A DNA stretch of 64,000 nt from Rhizodiscina lignyota (Eukaryota). This document shows, piece by piece, positions 21,469-35,442 of the stretch; the stretch's first letter is position 1; each line of letters opens with the position of its first letter. The stretch covers positions 3,968,001 to 4,032,000 of the forward strand of contig ML978121.1 in the NCBI GenBank assembly GCA_010015805.1. The letters are read 5' to 3'. The position numbers and the translations under genes are program-made. Below the pieces are notes generated by a model that worked only from the letters and a program-made list of their open reading frames with translations, did not search any database and was not told where the DNA came from.

Positions 21469-23320
21469 ATGGGAGACGAAATCATTCTAAAGGAGACGGA
21501 CCGACCAATCTCGCAAGACTCATATCCTCAGTCTCCCTCGAATCGTGCCAGTCGCAGCATCGATTTGATTGAAGCAGCTTCTCAAATCCGAGATTCCATG
21601 CCCCCATTCCCGACGACTGCTTCGACCTTTCATCTACCCGAAATGTATCAGCATATCACACCGTCTAAATCGCCTGACGACATCTCCATCATCCCTCTTC
21701 AACCTCAGTCCGATTCGAAGCCGCCAGACTCGTTGAGCGAGAAGTCCAGCCTGAGCTTTACTTCACTCCCTTCCTCGAGATATGACACTCCGCTGCCGGA
21801 ACCTCCTCCAGATCCAGTTGCAACGCCAGCTACCACCGGCCCTGGATTCTCCAAGTTGCACGAGGTGGCGTTCATCATCAACGTATGCCTGGCGCAATTC
21901 CTTAGCCTGGCAGCGCTTTCACAGACTGTCGCACCTCTTCCTATCATTGGCAACTACTTTAATGTCTCAGATCCAGGCACCTTGAGCTGGTTTACTGCAG
22001 CTTTCAGTCTGACAGTCGGCACATTTATACTCCCTTCTGGCCGTTTGGGAGACATGTTTGGTCACAAAATAGTCTTCATGTTTGGATGGGGTTGGTTATC
22101 TGTGTGGTCCATTGTAACTGGGTTTAGCTACTCATCTGGAGTGATTATGCTCAGCATATGTCGAGCAGTCCAAGGGATTGGGCCTGCTTTGATAGTTCCC
22201 AATGCAATGGCATTGATTGGCAGAACGTACCCTGTAGGCATGAAGCGAAGTCTCATCCTCTCGTGCTTTGGAGCCGCCGGGCCAACAGGCTTTGTCGTTG
22301 GCGCGGCTATCTCTTCTACTTTTGCGCAATTAATTTGTGAGTCAATTCCCCAATTACCATAACCTGTGAGGAATAACACTGATATTGTATTTAGGGTGGC
22401 CCTGGAGTTTTTGGGCATTAGCGATTATATCCATCTTCGTGTTGTTGATATCGTCCTTCATCCTTCCGTCAAAAGATCAAATTGCAAGCCTTGCACCTGC
22501 TTCACAAGGTCCACCCAAGCCTCCAGCAAAATTCGATTACCTCGGATCATTCACCGGCGTTTCGGGACTCGTACTTTTCAACTTTGCTTTGAACCAAGCT
22601 CCAATCGCCGGCTGGTCCGCACCTTATATACTGAATATGTTCTACCTTGGTACCATCCTCCTCATTGCTTTCGTCATCGTCGAGTTCCGCTTCGCCCAAC
22701 AACCACTTATACCACTTCACGGCCTCCAGAAGGAAGCATGGTTCACCCTCGTCTGCATCGCCTGCGGCTGGGGTAGCCACGGCATCTGGATCTACTACTT
22801 TTACCTCTTCCTCGAGAACGTCCGAGGCCATTCTGCGCTGCTTGCGACAGCTCAAATTGCGCCTGTAGCTATTTCCGGCGCCGCCTTTGCGCTTTCGACC
22901 GGTTACTTGCTCAAAAAAATGAATGCGGCATGGGTCATGTTCATCGCAATGTTCTGCTTCACTGCCGGCACCGTCCTCCTTGCTACCGCTCCAGTTGGAC
23001 AGACATACTGGCTCCAGACGTTCCTTTCTATCATCATCACGCCCGGAGGTATGAATCTGAGCTTCCCTGCGGGCATGATATTGTTGTCGAATGCGATGCC
23101 GCGAGAGCACCAGGGAATTGCTGCCAGCTTCGTCAGCACTATCGTCAACTATTCAATTTCTTGTGGTTTGGGTCTTGCAGCAACGATTGTGGTTGAAGCC
23201 AGCGATCATGGGACGAAGGCACTTCATGATTACCAAGAGGCGTTGTATTTTGGTATTGGACTGAGCGGATTGGGATTGATTATCTCGGTTTTCTTTGTTT
23301 GGCAATCAAGAAACGCTTAG
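21469..23320 (+). CDS. MFS drug:H+ antiporter (Atr1/DHA2-like); intron 22337-22394
   Basis: FSLTVGTFILPSGRLGDMFGHK, RAVQGIGPALIVPNA, many hydrophobic segments, GMNLSFPAG, EHQGIAAS. Confidence 0.9.
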
Positions 23321-23886
23321 ATTGAAACTGGGAGACGGGAACGCTTCTGCATTTCTCTGCAATTTACGATTTTCTTGGGACGGCGTCACGGTCATGAATC
23401 TTACGAGAGAAGAATTGCAGGACAGAAGACAAGGTTGATATTGCTCTGGAAGGTTCTGTAATTGTAATTTATAATACCCGGACTGATGTATAATCTTTTC
23501 AGAACGAAGCTCGTGGCTCGTCATTTTCTTCCCTCCGCCATAGACACTGGGGGCTGAAATAAGGAAGTACGATTGCCTCAGATGGTAAATTTGCACGCGA
23601 CAATGTCCAACTGATCGCTCAACCGAGAAACGAAAGAGATACAGACCTCGGTATCTAAATTCTATTTGAGCATTCCTTTCGCTCATATTCCCCTTGAAAT
23701 GGAAGTCTTTGAGCGTTAACCATAAATGTTGCCGGGCTTTGCCATTCCATGGAGGATCCCCCGCACGACGCTATGCCGATTGGAAATCCGCCCATTGGCA
23801 AGAGAAGATATTCTTACGCCTTTAAGAGCCATCAATCCGAGAGGAGAGAATATTGATCGATCCAAGAAAGAAGTTTGAACTTCACA

Positions 23887-25460
23887 ATGACGTCTCAAAT
23901 TGTTCATTCGAATGGCATCTACCATGGACTGCCGACGTTCCCCGAGAGCATCAAAGGGCTGACTGCGATTATTACCGGTTGGCACAAAATCGATTAAAAG
24001 TCTAAATCTGGATTGTCTAATATCAAATAGGATCAAATGGCATCAGTGGTTACCACATGCTGCGTGTTCTGGCACAAGCGCCGGAACGATGGACCAAAAT
24101 CTACTGTTTGTCTCGTCGACCTCCCGCCATCCCAGGTGGACTCCCGCCAAACGCAACGCACATTGCCTGCGATTTTCTCAAATCGCCCAAGGAGATTGCA
24201 GATGTGCTTACCAAAGAAGGCGTGAAGGCGGACCACGTTTTCTTCTACTCGTACGTGCAAGTCCCGCCGAAACCTGGCGGTGGCCTGTGGAGCGACAACG
24301 ATGAGATGTGCAGAGTCAACAAAGCGCTGCTGGCCAACTTCCTCGACGCCATGGAAATTGCTTCTATCAAGCCTAAGCGCATTATGCTGCAAACGGGAGC
24401 GAAGAACTACGGCGTGCATCTTGGCCCTACGAAAATGCCAGTAGAGGAGTGGGATCCACGTGTTGAACTGGAGCCGAACTTCTACTATCCTCAAGAAGAT
24501 GTGCTATGGGAGTATTGCAAAAAGCGCGATATCGGCTGGGCAATTGGAATGCCCGCGTCAATATGGGGTGCAGTGCCAGATGCCGCCATGAACGTTGGCT
24601 TGCCGCTGGCCATCTATGCGACTGTGTGCAAGCACCTGAATGAGCCGCTTGCTTTCTTCGGTGATCAGGCGGCGTGGCAGGCTGTGGTTGTGCAGTCAAG
24701 CGCCATGATGAACGGATACCTGGAAGAGTGGGCAGTGCTTACTGAAGCTGCGACGAATCAGAAATTCAACGCTTGTGATAATAGCGCGTTTTCTAACGAG
24801 AGCTTTTGGCCAAGGTTTGCGGGGTGGTATGGTATTGACTGGACGGGACCACAGACAGAGGGATTGAAGGAAGCGGAATGGGGATATGACCCGCCACCAC
24901 GAGGGTACGTCAGCTGTTCCTTCGTTGCTTGTTTCAGCTCGGCCGGTTGCTCCTGACCGCCAAGCTGAAGGAGAGTATTTAATTCGACAAGAATGGTATG
25001 ATACGTAGTCTTCAATAGTTGCTAACAACCCATCTCGTAGATACGGTGCGAGAGGAAAATCGCGGTGGAGCTTTACGCTTGTTGAATGGGCAAACAAGCC
25101 TGAAGTCCAGAAAGCCTGGAACGAGATAGCGCAGCAGCATGATTTGGTGTTGAAAGAGTTGACGGATATTGACCGAATCTTTGGGTTTGGCCAAAGATTT
25201 GTGATTCGAGGAGGAAGCTTTATCATGAGGTGAGTTAATCTTGCACATGGCAGGTCATGAACTGTCGGATAGGATACTTTGAAACTCCACGAAGATCGTG
25301 ATGGCTGATGTGTGACCTCTACTTTAGCATGGACAAATCCCGAAAACTTGGCTGGCACGGGTTCGTAGACTCGACAGAGTGCATTTTGGAGGTCTTTCAG
25401 GACTTTGTGGGGCTTAAGATGATCCCTCCGCTGCCGTTGAAAGAAGTGAAGTTTCTATAG
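23887..25460 (+). CDS. PRISE-like (progesterone 5-beta-reductase/iridoid synthase-like) atypical SDR; introns 23978-24030, 24905-25040, 25230-25327
   Basis: Spliced TAIITG|SNGISG, LSRRPP, MLQTGAKNYGVHLGP, EPNFYYPQED, SMDKSRKLGWHGFVDS. Confidence 0.88.
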
Positions 25461-26306
25461 GTTGGAGGAACTCGGATATCGCTGATTACAGATGACATGC
25501 TCCCGTTGCTTTGTATGAGAACTAAAGCGGCGTATGAGCTTTGATACTGTGTGTTGCTGAGAATGTTTGCATGAAAGTTGTGAATTGAGTTGCCGTTCCA
25601 GCCGCTTACATACCTATGTATGTACAGTGGTACGGTAAGGACTTCAAAAGAGAGAGCACACTTAAAGCAGCAATAGCTGTATACGTTTGGTGGAGCAGTG
25701 GAACCATGCTGAGACAGATACAGAACATGTCGTAATTCGCCACAGCCGTGAAAATTGCTGTCGGTTGCAGATCCTGGTGGCGATCATATAAATGAGGTTA
25801 GTCGAAGCACTGCTAGGTCAGAAATAGCATAAGCAGAAGGCCAAACGTTCTCCCTACCAACGTCAACACGACAACCTATTGGATGATTGCTTGGCCGTCC
25901 ATGGCATACTCGGACTGGCCCAGTCAGCAACTACAATACTACTATATCGCCCAGTAAGTGCTTTGGAATCGTAGAGATACGTCTATGGCGTTGGAGTCGA
26001 GCATTATTCCAAATTGGTCCTGGTCGGATACGGCAATTTTCAGCCCGTCTATCTTCAGGAATTCAAGGGTTTGCAGCTGAGGAGTTAAAAGTACAGTGTT
26101 TGGAGTAAGTGATTCATGCTCCACTAGTAAGATGGCTCGGCGGAAAGGTTCGTAGATCAAATGACGCTCTGACGTACAAATCTTATTCGGACGAGTAGCC
26201 ATGGTAAGACGCGACCTTCATATATACATATGGACTAGTCGCATCCCAAGTTCTTACCCAGTGAGCCAGTTTCCATGCTGGATACTTCAATTTCAAGAAT
26301 TCGATC

Positions 26307-28071
26307 ATGTATATTCTTCTCTTGTTCCCGGCCTTGGCCGCTCTGGTATTCATTCGTTTCCTCTACAATGTCTTCAGACACGACCTTTACTGGATCCCAG
26401 GCCCATTCTTCGTTCGATTTTCGAATATATGGCGCTTCATTGAGATGTACAGGGCCAGATATGCCGACAATGCGGTTGCTTTACATCACAAGTACGGCAA
26501 GATTGTCAGGACCGGCCCGAACCATGTCTCTGTAGCGGACCCCGATATGATAGACCAGATTTATGGTCACAGACAGGACTATCCAAAGGTCAGCTTTCGT
26601 CAGCTCAGCTCTCGTCGGATATGCGTTTCGTAGTGGCTGACGTGCAACTCTTCAGAGCGATATGGTTGTCCCGTGGCAGAAGGTAGTAAATGGCAAGATC
26701 ATGACAGGTATCGTGGACACGCGAGACAGGAAGAGGCACTCGGAGTTGAAGCGGCCCGTAGCCAGCATCTACTCAATGTCGAGTATTGCGAATGCGGAAG
26801 ACTTCATATCCGACACCATCGCATATTTCGTAAAGCGGCTAGACGAGTCGTTCATCAGCGGTCTTTCCGGAGAGCGGAAGGTTCCAATGGCAGCTTGGGT
26901 TCAGTACTGTATGTCGAGCAGGCAAGAGTTATCAACATCTGCCATGTAACTAACGGGTTCAGTTGCTTTTGACGCAATTGGCGAATTAACAATCAGCCGA
27001 CGCTTCGGTTTCCTGGAGACTGGCGCTGATCCTGAAGACCAACTTGGTCAAATTGATCGAGAACTGGAATACCGAGCAGTTGTAAGATATATTCAACCAA
27101 TCATGTCTTCTCTCCCTGACTAGTGAGATAAAGATTGGCACAATGCCCTGGACGCACTACCTCATCAAAGGGAATTGGTTTTACAGACGTTTCATCGAAC
27201 CAACTACGGGTTTTATCCTCAAAGCCTCCAATCTCATTAAAGACAGAGCTGTAAATGGCTCAACACATCCTGAGCGACGCGATATGATGGCTCGCTTCAT
27301 TGAGGCGCAGAAAGCTCATCCGGACATTGTAGACGACAATGTACTGCGGGCATATATTACGACAAACTTGGTAGCTGGATCTGATACAACTGCTGTTGTT
27401 ATGCGTGCCGCGATATACTACGCCATTCGGAATCCGCACGTAATGAAACGAGTACAGCAGGAACTTGACGATAACAACGTAACATACCCGCTTCAGTACA
27501 AGACCTCTATAGCGCTTCCATACGTTGACGCATTCATTAACGAGGTGCTGCGGTACCACCCAGTCGCGAGTATCCCACTTGAGCGCGTCGTTCCGCCGGA
27601 GGGCATGCCGACTCCTTTTGGCCATAGATTGCCAGGTGGTGTAGTTGTAAGCATGACACCATGGGTCACGAATTTTGACACGGAAATTTTTGGCGTCGAT
27701 GCGGAAAAATTCAATCCGGAAAGGTGGCTTCAAGGAGAGAAGGAGTCGCATGAGGCATCTAAGCATCGATTGTCAGTGATGCGAGCTAATGAGTTTTCGT
27801 TCAGCAAAGGGCCCCGGAAGTGTCTCGGTATTCATGTCGCGCAGCAGGAGTTATGGAAATGTATCCCGACGCTACTTGGATTGTTCGATGTGAGTGATGC
27901 TCAGCGAAGATTATGTGATGTAAAGCTGACCTTTCGTTCCAGATAACGCTTGCGGAGCCACAGAAGGAATGGAAGGTGAAGAAGCAGTTCGTGTCAAAAC
28001 AGTCCGAGATGGACGTGATCCTGCAGTGGAGACCGGGTAAGAGCCTGAAAGACGTGTCGCATTTACCATGA
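26307..28071 (+). CDS. Cytochrome P450 (pisatin demethylase/benzoate hydroxylase-like group); introns 26589-26655, 26909-26962, 27082-27133, 27890-27942
   Basis: N-terminal anchor, IPGP, HHKYGKIVRTGPNHVS, AGSDTT, EVLR, PERW and heme motif FSKGPRKCLG. Confidence 0.93.
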
Positions 28072-28176
28072 TGACTATATTTGATGCTGGACTATATTTG
28101 CAACGGAGAGATTGGTAAGCTTGTAAATTTGATCAACTGAATATCTATCAGCAGACTGTTTATGAAGAGCTGAGCT

Positions 28177-29576
28177 TCATTGGGACATTTTCGCCCCTGG
28201 TATCGACAGGATTTTTCTCAAGTCTAATTCATACCGAGCTTTGTTTTGATCAAGAGCCCACTTGACCGCCTCCCAGACACCAGGCTGAATGGTTTTTGGA
28301 CTCCATGCCGGCTCACCGTTCTGATAAACGCCGGTTCGGACGAGAATTGACTCCCACGTCGTACCCAATGGACTCTTGTACGAATTCGCACCTCTGATAT
28401 CGCTTTCCGGGTTGTCGCCGACCATGTACACTTTCTGTAATGGAGGAACTTCCCCGTCTATTTGGTTACTAAACAGATGCTTGCGGTGCGAATTGAGTCT
28501 CCGCTCCGCAAATTCGTAAGTCATTCGATACGGTTTGCCAATCAGAGTTTTGTACAGTTCAACGTTTCGCTCGGGGCCACCCGTTACAGCAGTCCATAAG
28601 CCTTCCATCGCTTCCCGAAATCCGCCTTGGCCGAGCCGAGGCAGGTGGTATTTTGCAGCCCACCACAAATCAGGGTTGGAGTAGAACAAGGGTGGTTGAC
28701 CATCCTGCAGATATCCATGGTTGGGGGCCTTTATGTCACCGTTTCTGGGAGACATTGTGCCGAGAATTCCCTTGTGAGAGAGAAGTATATCGAGAATTAT
28801 GGTCGCGTCCAAGCCCCAATCGCGTGGGTCATTGTATACAAAGATGGCATCAATTTTCAACGAGTCGGAAGGGCTGTCTTGAAGTATCGGCTTCGGTAAT
28901 GGTCTGGCGAATGGTTGGTAGTACGGTAGGAATTGCGTCGAGAATGGCCATATCTCTGGATACGCGCAAAAGATGTCGCCCGGAATCACGACAGACTTGA
29001 AGCCATACCTGGGGCAATTTAGTCTCTGCCAAAAGCGTAGGAGAATCGCACAGATGCCCACTTCTCTGCAACGTATCTGCACTTGTCACCGTCTCCCCCA
29101 CAAACCAAGATAGTCTTATCCTTATACTGGTCCAAATCCGCGAATGGTGTATGGCTTTGCACAAACATGGTTGTATCCAACGGCACCTTCAGCTTTGCAG
29201 TCAGGTCTGCAACTCTTTCCTCCTCCGGCTTTCCCCCGCCATTCGTCAGGAGGATGAACGGTATCCGCTGGTGTTGCAGAAACGAGAGCGCATCCGGCGC
29301 GTTGGGTAGAGGGTCATTGCTTCGAACGAGTACACCGTCTATGCTAGCAACGGTGAGAACTCGAAACGATCAGGCCAATTGTAACATCTTTTGAGGCATC
29401 GCTTACTCGAATGCGAAGGCAAAGTCAGGTATCTTCGGCGACGCAGTGGAGAAGGACTTTTCGTAACGTCGGGATGGGGACAAAACAGGCCGCCATATTG
29501 AGACGCGCTCGCTGTGATGGCTTGATCTGGTGTTATAAGAGGTGACTAATCGCTGCAGCGGACGACATGCGGCCAT
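28177..29576 (-). CDS. HAD-superfamily IIA hydrolase (CECR5/HDHD5-like, probably mitochondrial); introns 29344-29406 and 29009-29061
   Basis: Spliced FAFD|IDGVL, IPFILLTNGGG, VQSHTPF, NDPRDW, SNPDLWW, GKP, YMVGDNPESDIRGAN. Confidence 0.9.
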
Positions 29577-29815
29577 TGAAGGGGCATTGGATGCTTGTAA
29601 TGCGCAATTTAAAGGTTCAAAAGTAAGAGACGGAGATATCAGTTTATGCGGAGGAACATGGGTTATGTCCGACTTCATGATTCATGCATCGGCTTACGCA
29701 TGGATTATGTCAGCCTCGTGGCGAGACGTAAGGAGTTGATGCCTTTGCGACTTCACATATCCCTCATGGAAGTGACCTGAGGATTGAAGGAGACATTGCA
29801 GAACAAGCCGCCAAC

Positions 29816-32189
29816 ATGCCAGATGCCTCAGCGCTTGATCTGCTGGCCCATCAACAGCAGAAGAGGGCCCGAGCTCAGCTCTCTTGCACCGCATGTCGTG
29901 TCGGCAAGCTGAAATGCAACCGAGCCCACCCGGCCTGTGATCAGTGTATCAAGAGGAACAAGGAGTCTTCATGTCAATATATTGCTGCTCCCCCAAGGAA
30001 GAAGCCAAATCAGAGCATGAAAGAGCGGATCAAGCATCTGGAGAATCTCGTGGTTGAACTGTACAATTCGAACAACTCCGAGTCACCAGAGTCAGATCCT
30101 TCTGCGAACGGATCCAAGTCTACACCTTCGCAAAATGAATCACCTGCGAATGGTTTGAACAGTGCTCAGCGGCCCTCCGCGCAACAAAGCTGGACTGTTG
30201 AAAGTGACGAGAACAACAATGCTTTTGGTCGCATGAAGATTAGCAAGACGGAAAGCAAATATGTCGGCGGGTCGCACTGGGAGGCCATTCTCGACAATAT
30301 CGCCGAAGTCCGAGCAGCGCTTGATGAGCCTGAAGATGGACCTGAAGGAGTAAGTGCGTCGCCAGCGTCATCAGATCAAACAGCTGCGACCTTTCCAGTT
30401 CAGAGCCTTCTAAATCCAAATCCCAATATCAAGCCGACAAGGGCAGATCTCATCCGAGCATTACCATCACGCCCGCGTGCTGATTCGCTTGTTGCCGGAT
30501 TCTTCAACTCTCAGAGTCCTACCGTAGTTGCCATCCATGGGCCGACTTTCCAGAAAGAGTACCAGGAGTTCTGGGGGAACCCGGATTCAAGGTCTCTCCA
30601 GTGGCTAGCAGTACTCTTCGGTATCATATCCCTCACATCTCGACAGGAAGATTATGGTGTCTCGCATTTCCGCGCACCTAAAGGCCAGACCTCAGAAGAG
30701 ACTCGAAAGTACCACAGCATGGCCGCATCTGCGATCATTCTGTCCAATTATATGCGGCCAGCTGAGGGCATCTGTGAGGCAATCATGTTGTACACGGAAG
30801 GCGTCTACATGGATACGGAACATGAAGATGACCACCTCGAAGTTTGGCTGTTGCTTGGCCTTAACATCCGTGTGTCCCTTCGAATGGGCTATCACCGTGA
30901 TGGCGGCAATCATACGAAAATCAGTGCTTTCCTGAGCGAGATGAGAAGAAGGCAGTGGTCTCTGCTCTACCAGTTCGACGTCTTGTTATCTTTCGAAATG
31001 GGCCTCCCAGGGATGATGCTGCAGACAGCGCAAGATGTCAAACCGCCATCAAACCTCTTTGATCGCGATTTCACTTCAGAATCTGATCCGCTCCCTCCAG
31101 GTCGACCAGATGACGAGCTGACCCCGTGCTCATATAGCCGAACTAAATCTCGAATAGCCAAGGCTTTCGGAAAGATTGCGGAACATTCACATGCCATCAA
31201 TCCGCCCTCACGTTCGGAAGTGCTTATGCTAGACAAGGAGCTCCAGGAAGCTTCCGATGCGATTCCTCCGGCACTTCGTGTGCGTTCTCTCGAAGATTCC
31301 ATCACGGACCCAGCCGGTCTTGTAATGTGCCGATTCAATCTCGATCTTCTCGTTCAAAAGTCCAGGTGCTTATTACACCGCCGCGTCCTGACTGAAGCCG
31401 GATCGGGCGAGTTCGTTGATTACTCTCGCTCAAACTGTATCGATGCTGCAATCAAGCTCTTGGAACAGTTGGCACGCGTTGACGCTGCGTGTGAGAAGAA
31501 GATGATGCCTCGTGGATGGTACATCTCCAGTCTCAACGTCCATGATTTCTTGCTGGCTTCGATGGTCCTCAGTCTCGAACTCGACCGCCGACTCAAGGCC
31601 TTGCCAGAGAATGGCGATGCTGTGTCAGGATCCCAAGATCTCGAGGAAATGAGGAGCATGCTCGAAACGACGTATCAGATCTGGCAGAAGCCGATGCATC
31701 GCTCTGCAGAGACTCAGAAGGCCTCGAAGGTAGTATTGCTCATGTTGAGCAAGGTTGCTCGGTCGGCGCGACTGAAAAAGAAGCCGACTGAGCACGACAT
31801 CCCGACGCCGTACTCGGGTTTGAAAGGACCTTTCACGGCACAGTCTCCGATGATGCGGCAGAGCCCAGCCCAGCAGGCTCAGGATATCCTGACCAATCCC
31901 TTCACATATGGTCCGCGCCCCGAAGACGGTATCGTGCCGATGTCGATGGACTTTGGCGAGCTTGATCAGTTCACGCCGATTGGGGAGATGTTTGATATGC
32001 CGATGGATCTTGACTGGGTGAGTAATGGAGCTTCTTCGCGTACAGTTCTTCGGGCAACTGCTGACCTCTTATCTCCAGAGCACTTGGGACACGTATATAT
32101 TTGGGCAACACCCTGCTCCAAACATGGTCCAGCGTTATGCGAATGTCCTCGATGGATCGTTGACGGATATGCCACCGCCATTACCATAG
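29816..32189 (+). CDS. Zn(II)2Cys6 fungal transcription factor; intron 32018-32078
   Basis: CTACRVGKLKCNRAHPACDQCIKRNKESSC, YVGGSHWEAIL, RMGYHRD, EMRRRQW; spliced tail DLDW|STWD. Confidence 0.92.
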
Positions 32190-33286
32190 TGAAGCAGCAA
32201 TCGGCCTAGCCTCAAGATATACACCAAGTCCAATACGCAGTGTCCTCGTCGCTTATGTCGATCCCTGATCCTGCTTCTTGCCAAGTTCGTTGGTGCGCCG
32301 CATGCAACGTGGTCGGATAATAACGGCAAACGCGATAGCAAATGCGCGCCCAAGAGTACCTACCGATTCTGGTGTAGACGAGCCGATCATCAAGAACTCT
32401 GCATTCGATTGATGACTTGCACGGGACAATATAGCATTAGGAGGGTGCTAGTGGGAGGAAGTCGACCTCGAGAATGACAGAGTAATGGAGCCCGATGTAG
32501 TTCGGAAAGGTGTCGCTCAAATGAGTTTCGCTCTTCAACACATGCAAGAGCATTTCTTGAAGCCGGATATGATGTGCTATGAATAGTAACCATTCGCAGA
32601 TGTTCGGGATCCTGTTAAGGCGTCAATTTTCGCAAGTCTGCACGAATATAATGACTGGACTCTAGTTCCAATTGATTGGTACCTCGACATGCAAGCGAAG
32701 TGCAGTATTCAACGCAGTTGCGCTGAGAGAATCCGACTTCTTTAGGCCTTGACGTGCTACATTTAGAGGGTCTGACCGTCATGGAATTGGTAGTGACGTG
32801 CAACGAGATTTTGTCTGTCATGCTCCTGAAGGTCCTCCTAGCGCTTGGCGAAGTTGCGTCAAGGGAATTCAAAGTTAAGTAAAATTCACTCACCACTCGT
32901 ACACTCTCACCACGTAAACACCCACACATCTTCCTCTACTCTTTACCTATATTATTCATAGTTGAAAATGCGTCACTCTGTTATGCCAAGTACGATATGT
33001 AAGATCATAACACGTGACCAAGGGCGCCGCAGACGACGCCAAAGGAAGCACCTGACACTGGGTAAACGAGTGAAAAAAGCGTCATAAGAATCAGATTCCC
33101 TATCTTCCTTTCGCTCTAATTATGGCACAGAATTTGGGATGCTTGTACGGCGTAAGGAGTTCATTTAAACATTACAGCTTGCCCAGCGGCCAGCTATTTT
33201 GTGACCCTCAAGACAGCCAAACATTGAACGAATCCAAACAACCGTCTCAAATGGCGTATGAACGCTAATTATTATGGTGTCTAGCA

Positions 33287-34804
33287 TCAATCCCATCTCC
33301 GTCTAATAACCGGCCTCGCCGGATCCCACGGACCATGGATCTCGTTCTTGTACTTCTGCAGCCCAATCAGCCACATCGCACATGTTCCCATCGCAGCACT
33401 CATGCCTAGACCACCCAGAATGGCTCCACCAACAGCAGCCTGCCACCCGCCTCCCGTCACAATGACACTTAGTCCCGCGCCCGCACCCAATGTCAAGGCC
33501 ACTGTGAGCGCGACATGCGCCCACCAACTCATATGCCGCAGATACCTCCTGAACACGGGAAACAGTCCGAACACCTCGATGCTGAAGAGCAGCAGGCTGA
33601 ACACGTGTGTCGTGCTGGTGAGACGCGATGCTAAAACCGTGCTTGCCATTAACGCGGCGTTGGTGGACAGCGACGCGGGGAACTTGGCGCCCACCCCGCC
33701 GCCGTAGTCGAAGAAGAACACGTTGATAATCAGCAGGAAGCAGCTGATTGTCCAGATGGAGTCGGACGATGTAGACTTTGTGAGCGATTTTAGGATCGGG
33801 GAGAGACCCAGAAGCGCGCAATAAATGAGAAGGGCAGATTTTGCGGTCGCGAGGCGCTGGCGGTTGCGCGCTGATAGAGAGCCAGCGAGAGGTTCGGAGT
33901 CCCAGGGTGGTATTTCGTGCGCATTGGGACCGTAGAAGGAGGACTGCGTGGAGGATGTTACGCTTGCTTCGGTGCTGCTTGGGGGAGTGCCGACGGGCGA
34001 TGGCGCTGTGAGCTCAATTCCAAGACCTTGATCGTCTTTCACCCCATCATTGTGCATAGAGACGTCTCTGATGGTCTCTGTTTCGGCATCTCGCCCGCTG
34101 GGAGAGAAGTCGTCGTTTCCGGTAACCGATTGTTCCTCCACCTCCTCGTTACCGACCCAGAAATCCCACACCGCCCATCCTAATACTGTGCCCAAGCTAC
34201 CGGTGCTGACGACGGCGACAGGAGAGACACGCTCCAGCACGATGCCGGTAAAACAGCAGATGAAGATTATGACGGAGCAGACGTGCTGGACAATAACCGT
34301 TGATGCTGCGACGAGGGGCCAGAATTCGTACGGCTGGAGGCGTGGGTTGCGCTGGAGATGGTCGAGGAAGGTTTCTTCGTCGGTATAATTATCTGGATCT
34401 ATTTGCGGGTCCAAAACGTTAGCATTGCGCGAATATTGCTGGGTATTGCACTTCCAGCGCTCGCGATTGAGGTAGGAAGATGATTAAGACTCAATTGATT
34501 ACATACAGCTCTGCTTCACCCACAACAGCTTCTTCCACGTGCCCTTCTTCCTCCTGAATCCCGGCCTCTTTCCATCCAATCTCTTTCGCCGCGCATCCTT
34601 GACGACGCTGCTCGCTCGCGCGGAGCCGCTGGCGGTCGCGTACAGCGCGTCTGGTGGCGCTAACCTCGATGGATCCGTTGCGTCGGCATTGTAGGGGAGT
34701 AAAGGTCGAGGACCCTCGTATGCCGTGCTTGTCGAAGCGGTGGAATATGTGGTCATTTGACACGGAACATTACATGGTTGGAGATGGGCATTCTCGATGG
34801 ACAT
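33287..34804 (-). CDS. GPI2: GPI-GlcNAc transferase subunit PIG-C/Gpi2; intron 34399-34506 (start codon uncertain)
   Basis: Spliced WKKLLWVKQS|YPDNYTD; LSPILKSLTKSTSSDSIW; LSTNAALMASTVLASRL; KYKNEIHGPWDPARP. Confidence 0.92.
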
Positions 34805-35001
34805 CGGCAGAGATGAGGTCGGCAGGTCGGACGCGATGGGCTTGGCAAGCGCTTGATGTGGAATTTGTCATGTGAAATGGTCACTGTAAATTACGAGACG
34901 CATATATCAACCAAGAGAAAACCCAAGTCCTCCACACCTCCATCACCAACAAAACCGCTCATTTACATGTAAACAGACGCAGCTCAAGCTTCACAAAAGC
35001 G

Positions 35002-35442
35002 TCATTTCAAATACAGCTCCGACAGTCTGTCAACAAGCATGTCCCCAACCTCACGCACCAGCACCTTGCCATCTCCAAACTCCATCACCAATTCGAATCC
35101 CGCATCTTTCGGACTCTCAGCATCAAACTTGCTCCTCTGAATGTCCGCCGTCATCCTAAACATCTTCAGCATCTCGAATAGCATTTCCTGCTGCCGCGTA
35201 TGCGTCTCCTGGTCGTCGTGGAACAGGAGAATTATGTTGTGATGCGCAAGCACGCAATGCTGGTCGAACAGTCTCATCAGGACGGACTTGACTTGGTCGG
35301 CGCTATGGCGCACATATAGGCGCGTGAAGATCGTAGCTTTCTTGAGGTTGCAATAGGCATCGCGGTCCAGTGAGTGCCAGGTGGATGTGATTGGGGGTGC
35401 CTGGATGAAGTTGGAGTTCCGGAAGACGGAGGGAGAAGTCAT
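35002..35442 (-). CDS. Hypothetical 146-aa protein
   Basis: ATG ORF with A at -3 and globular-looking composition. No family recognised. Confidence 0.5.
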   Translation of the reverse strand: MTSPSVFRNSNFIQAPPITSTWHSLDRDAYCNLKKATIFTRLYVRHSADQVKSVLMRLFDQHCVLAHHNIILLFHDDQETHTRQQEMLFEMLKMFRMTADIQRSKFDAESPKDAGFELVMEFGDGKVLVREVGDMLVDRLSELYLK

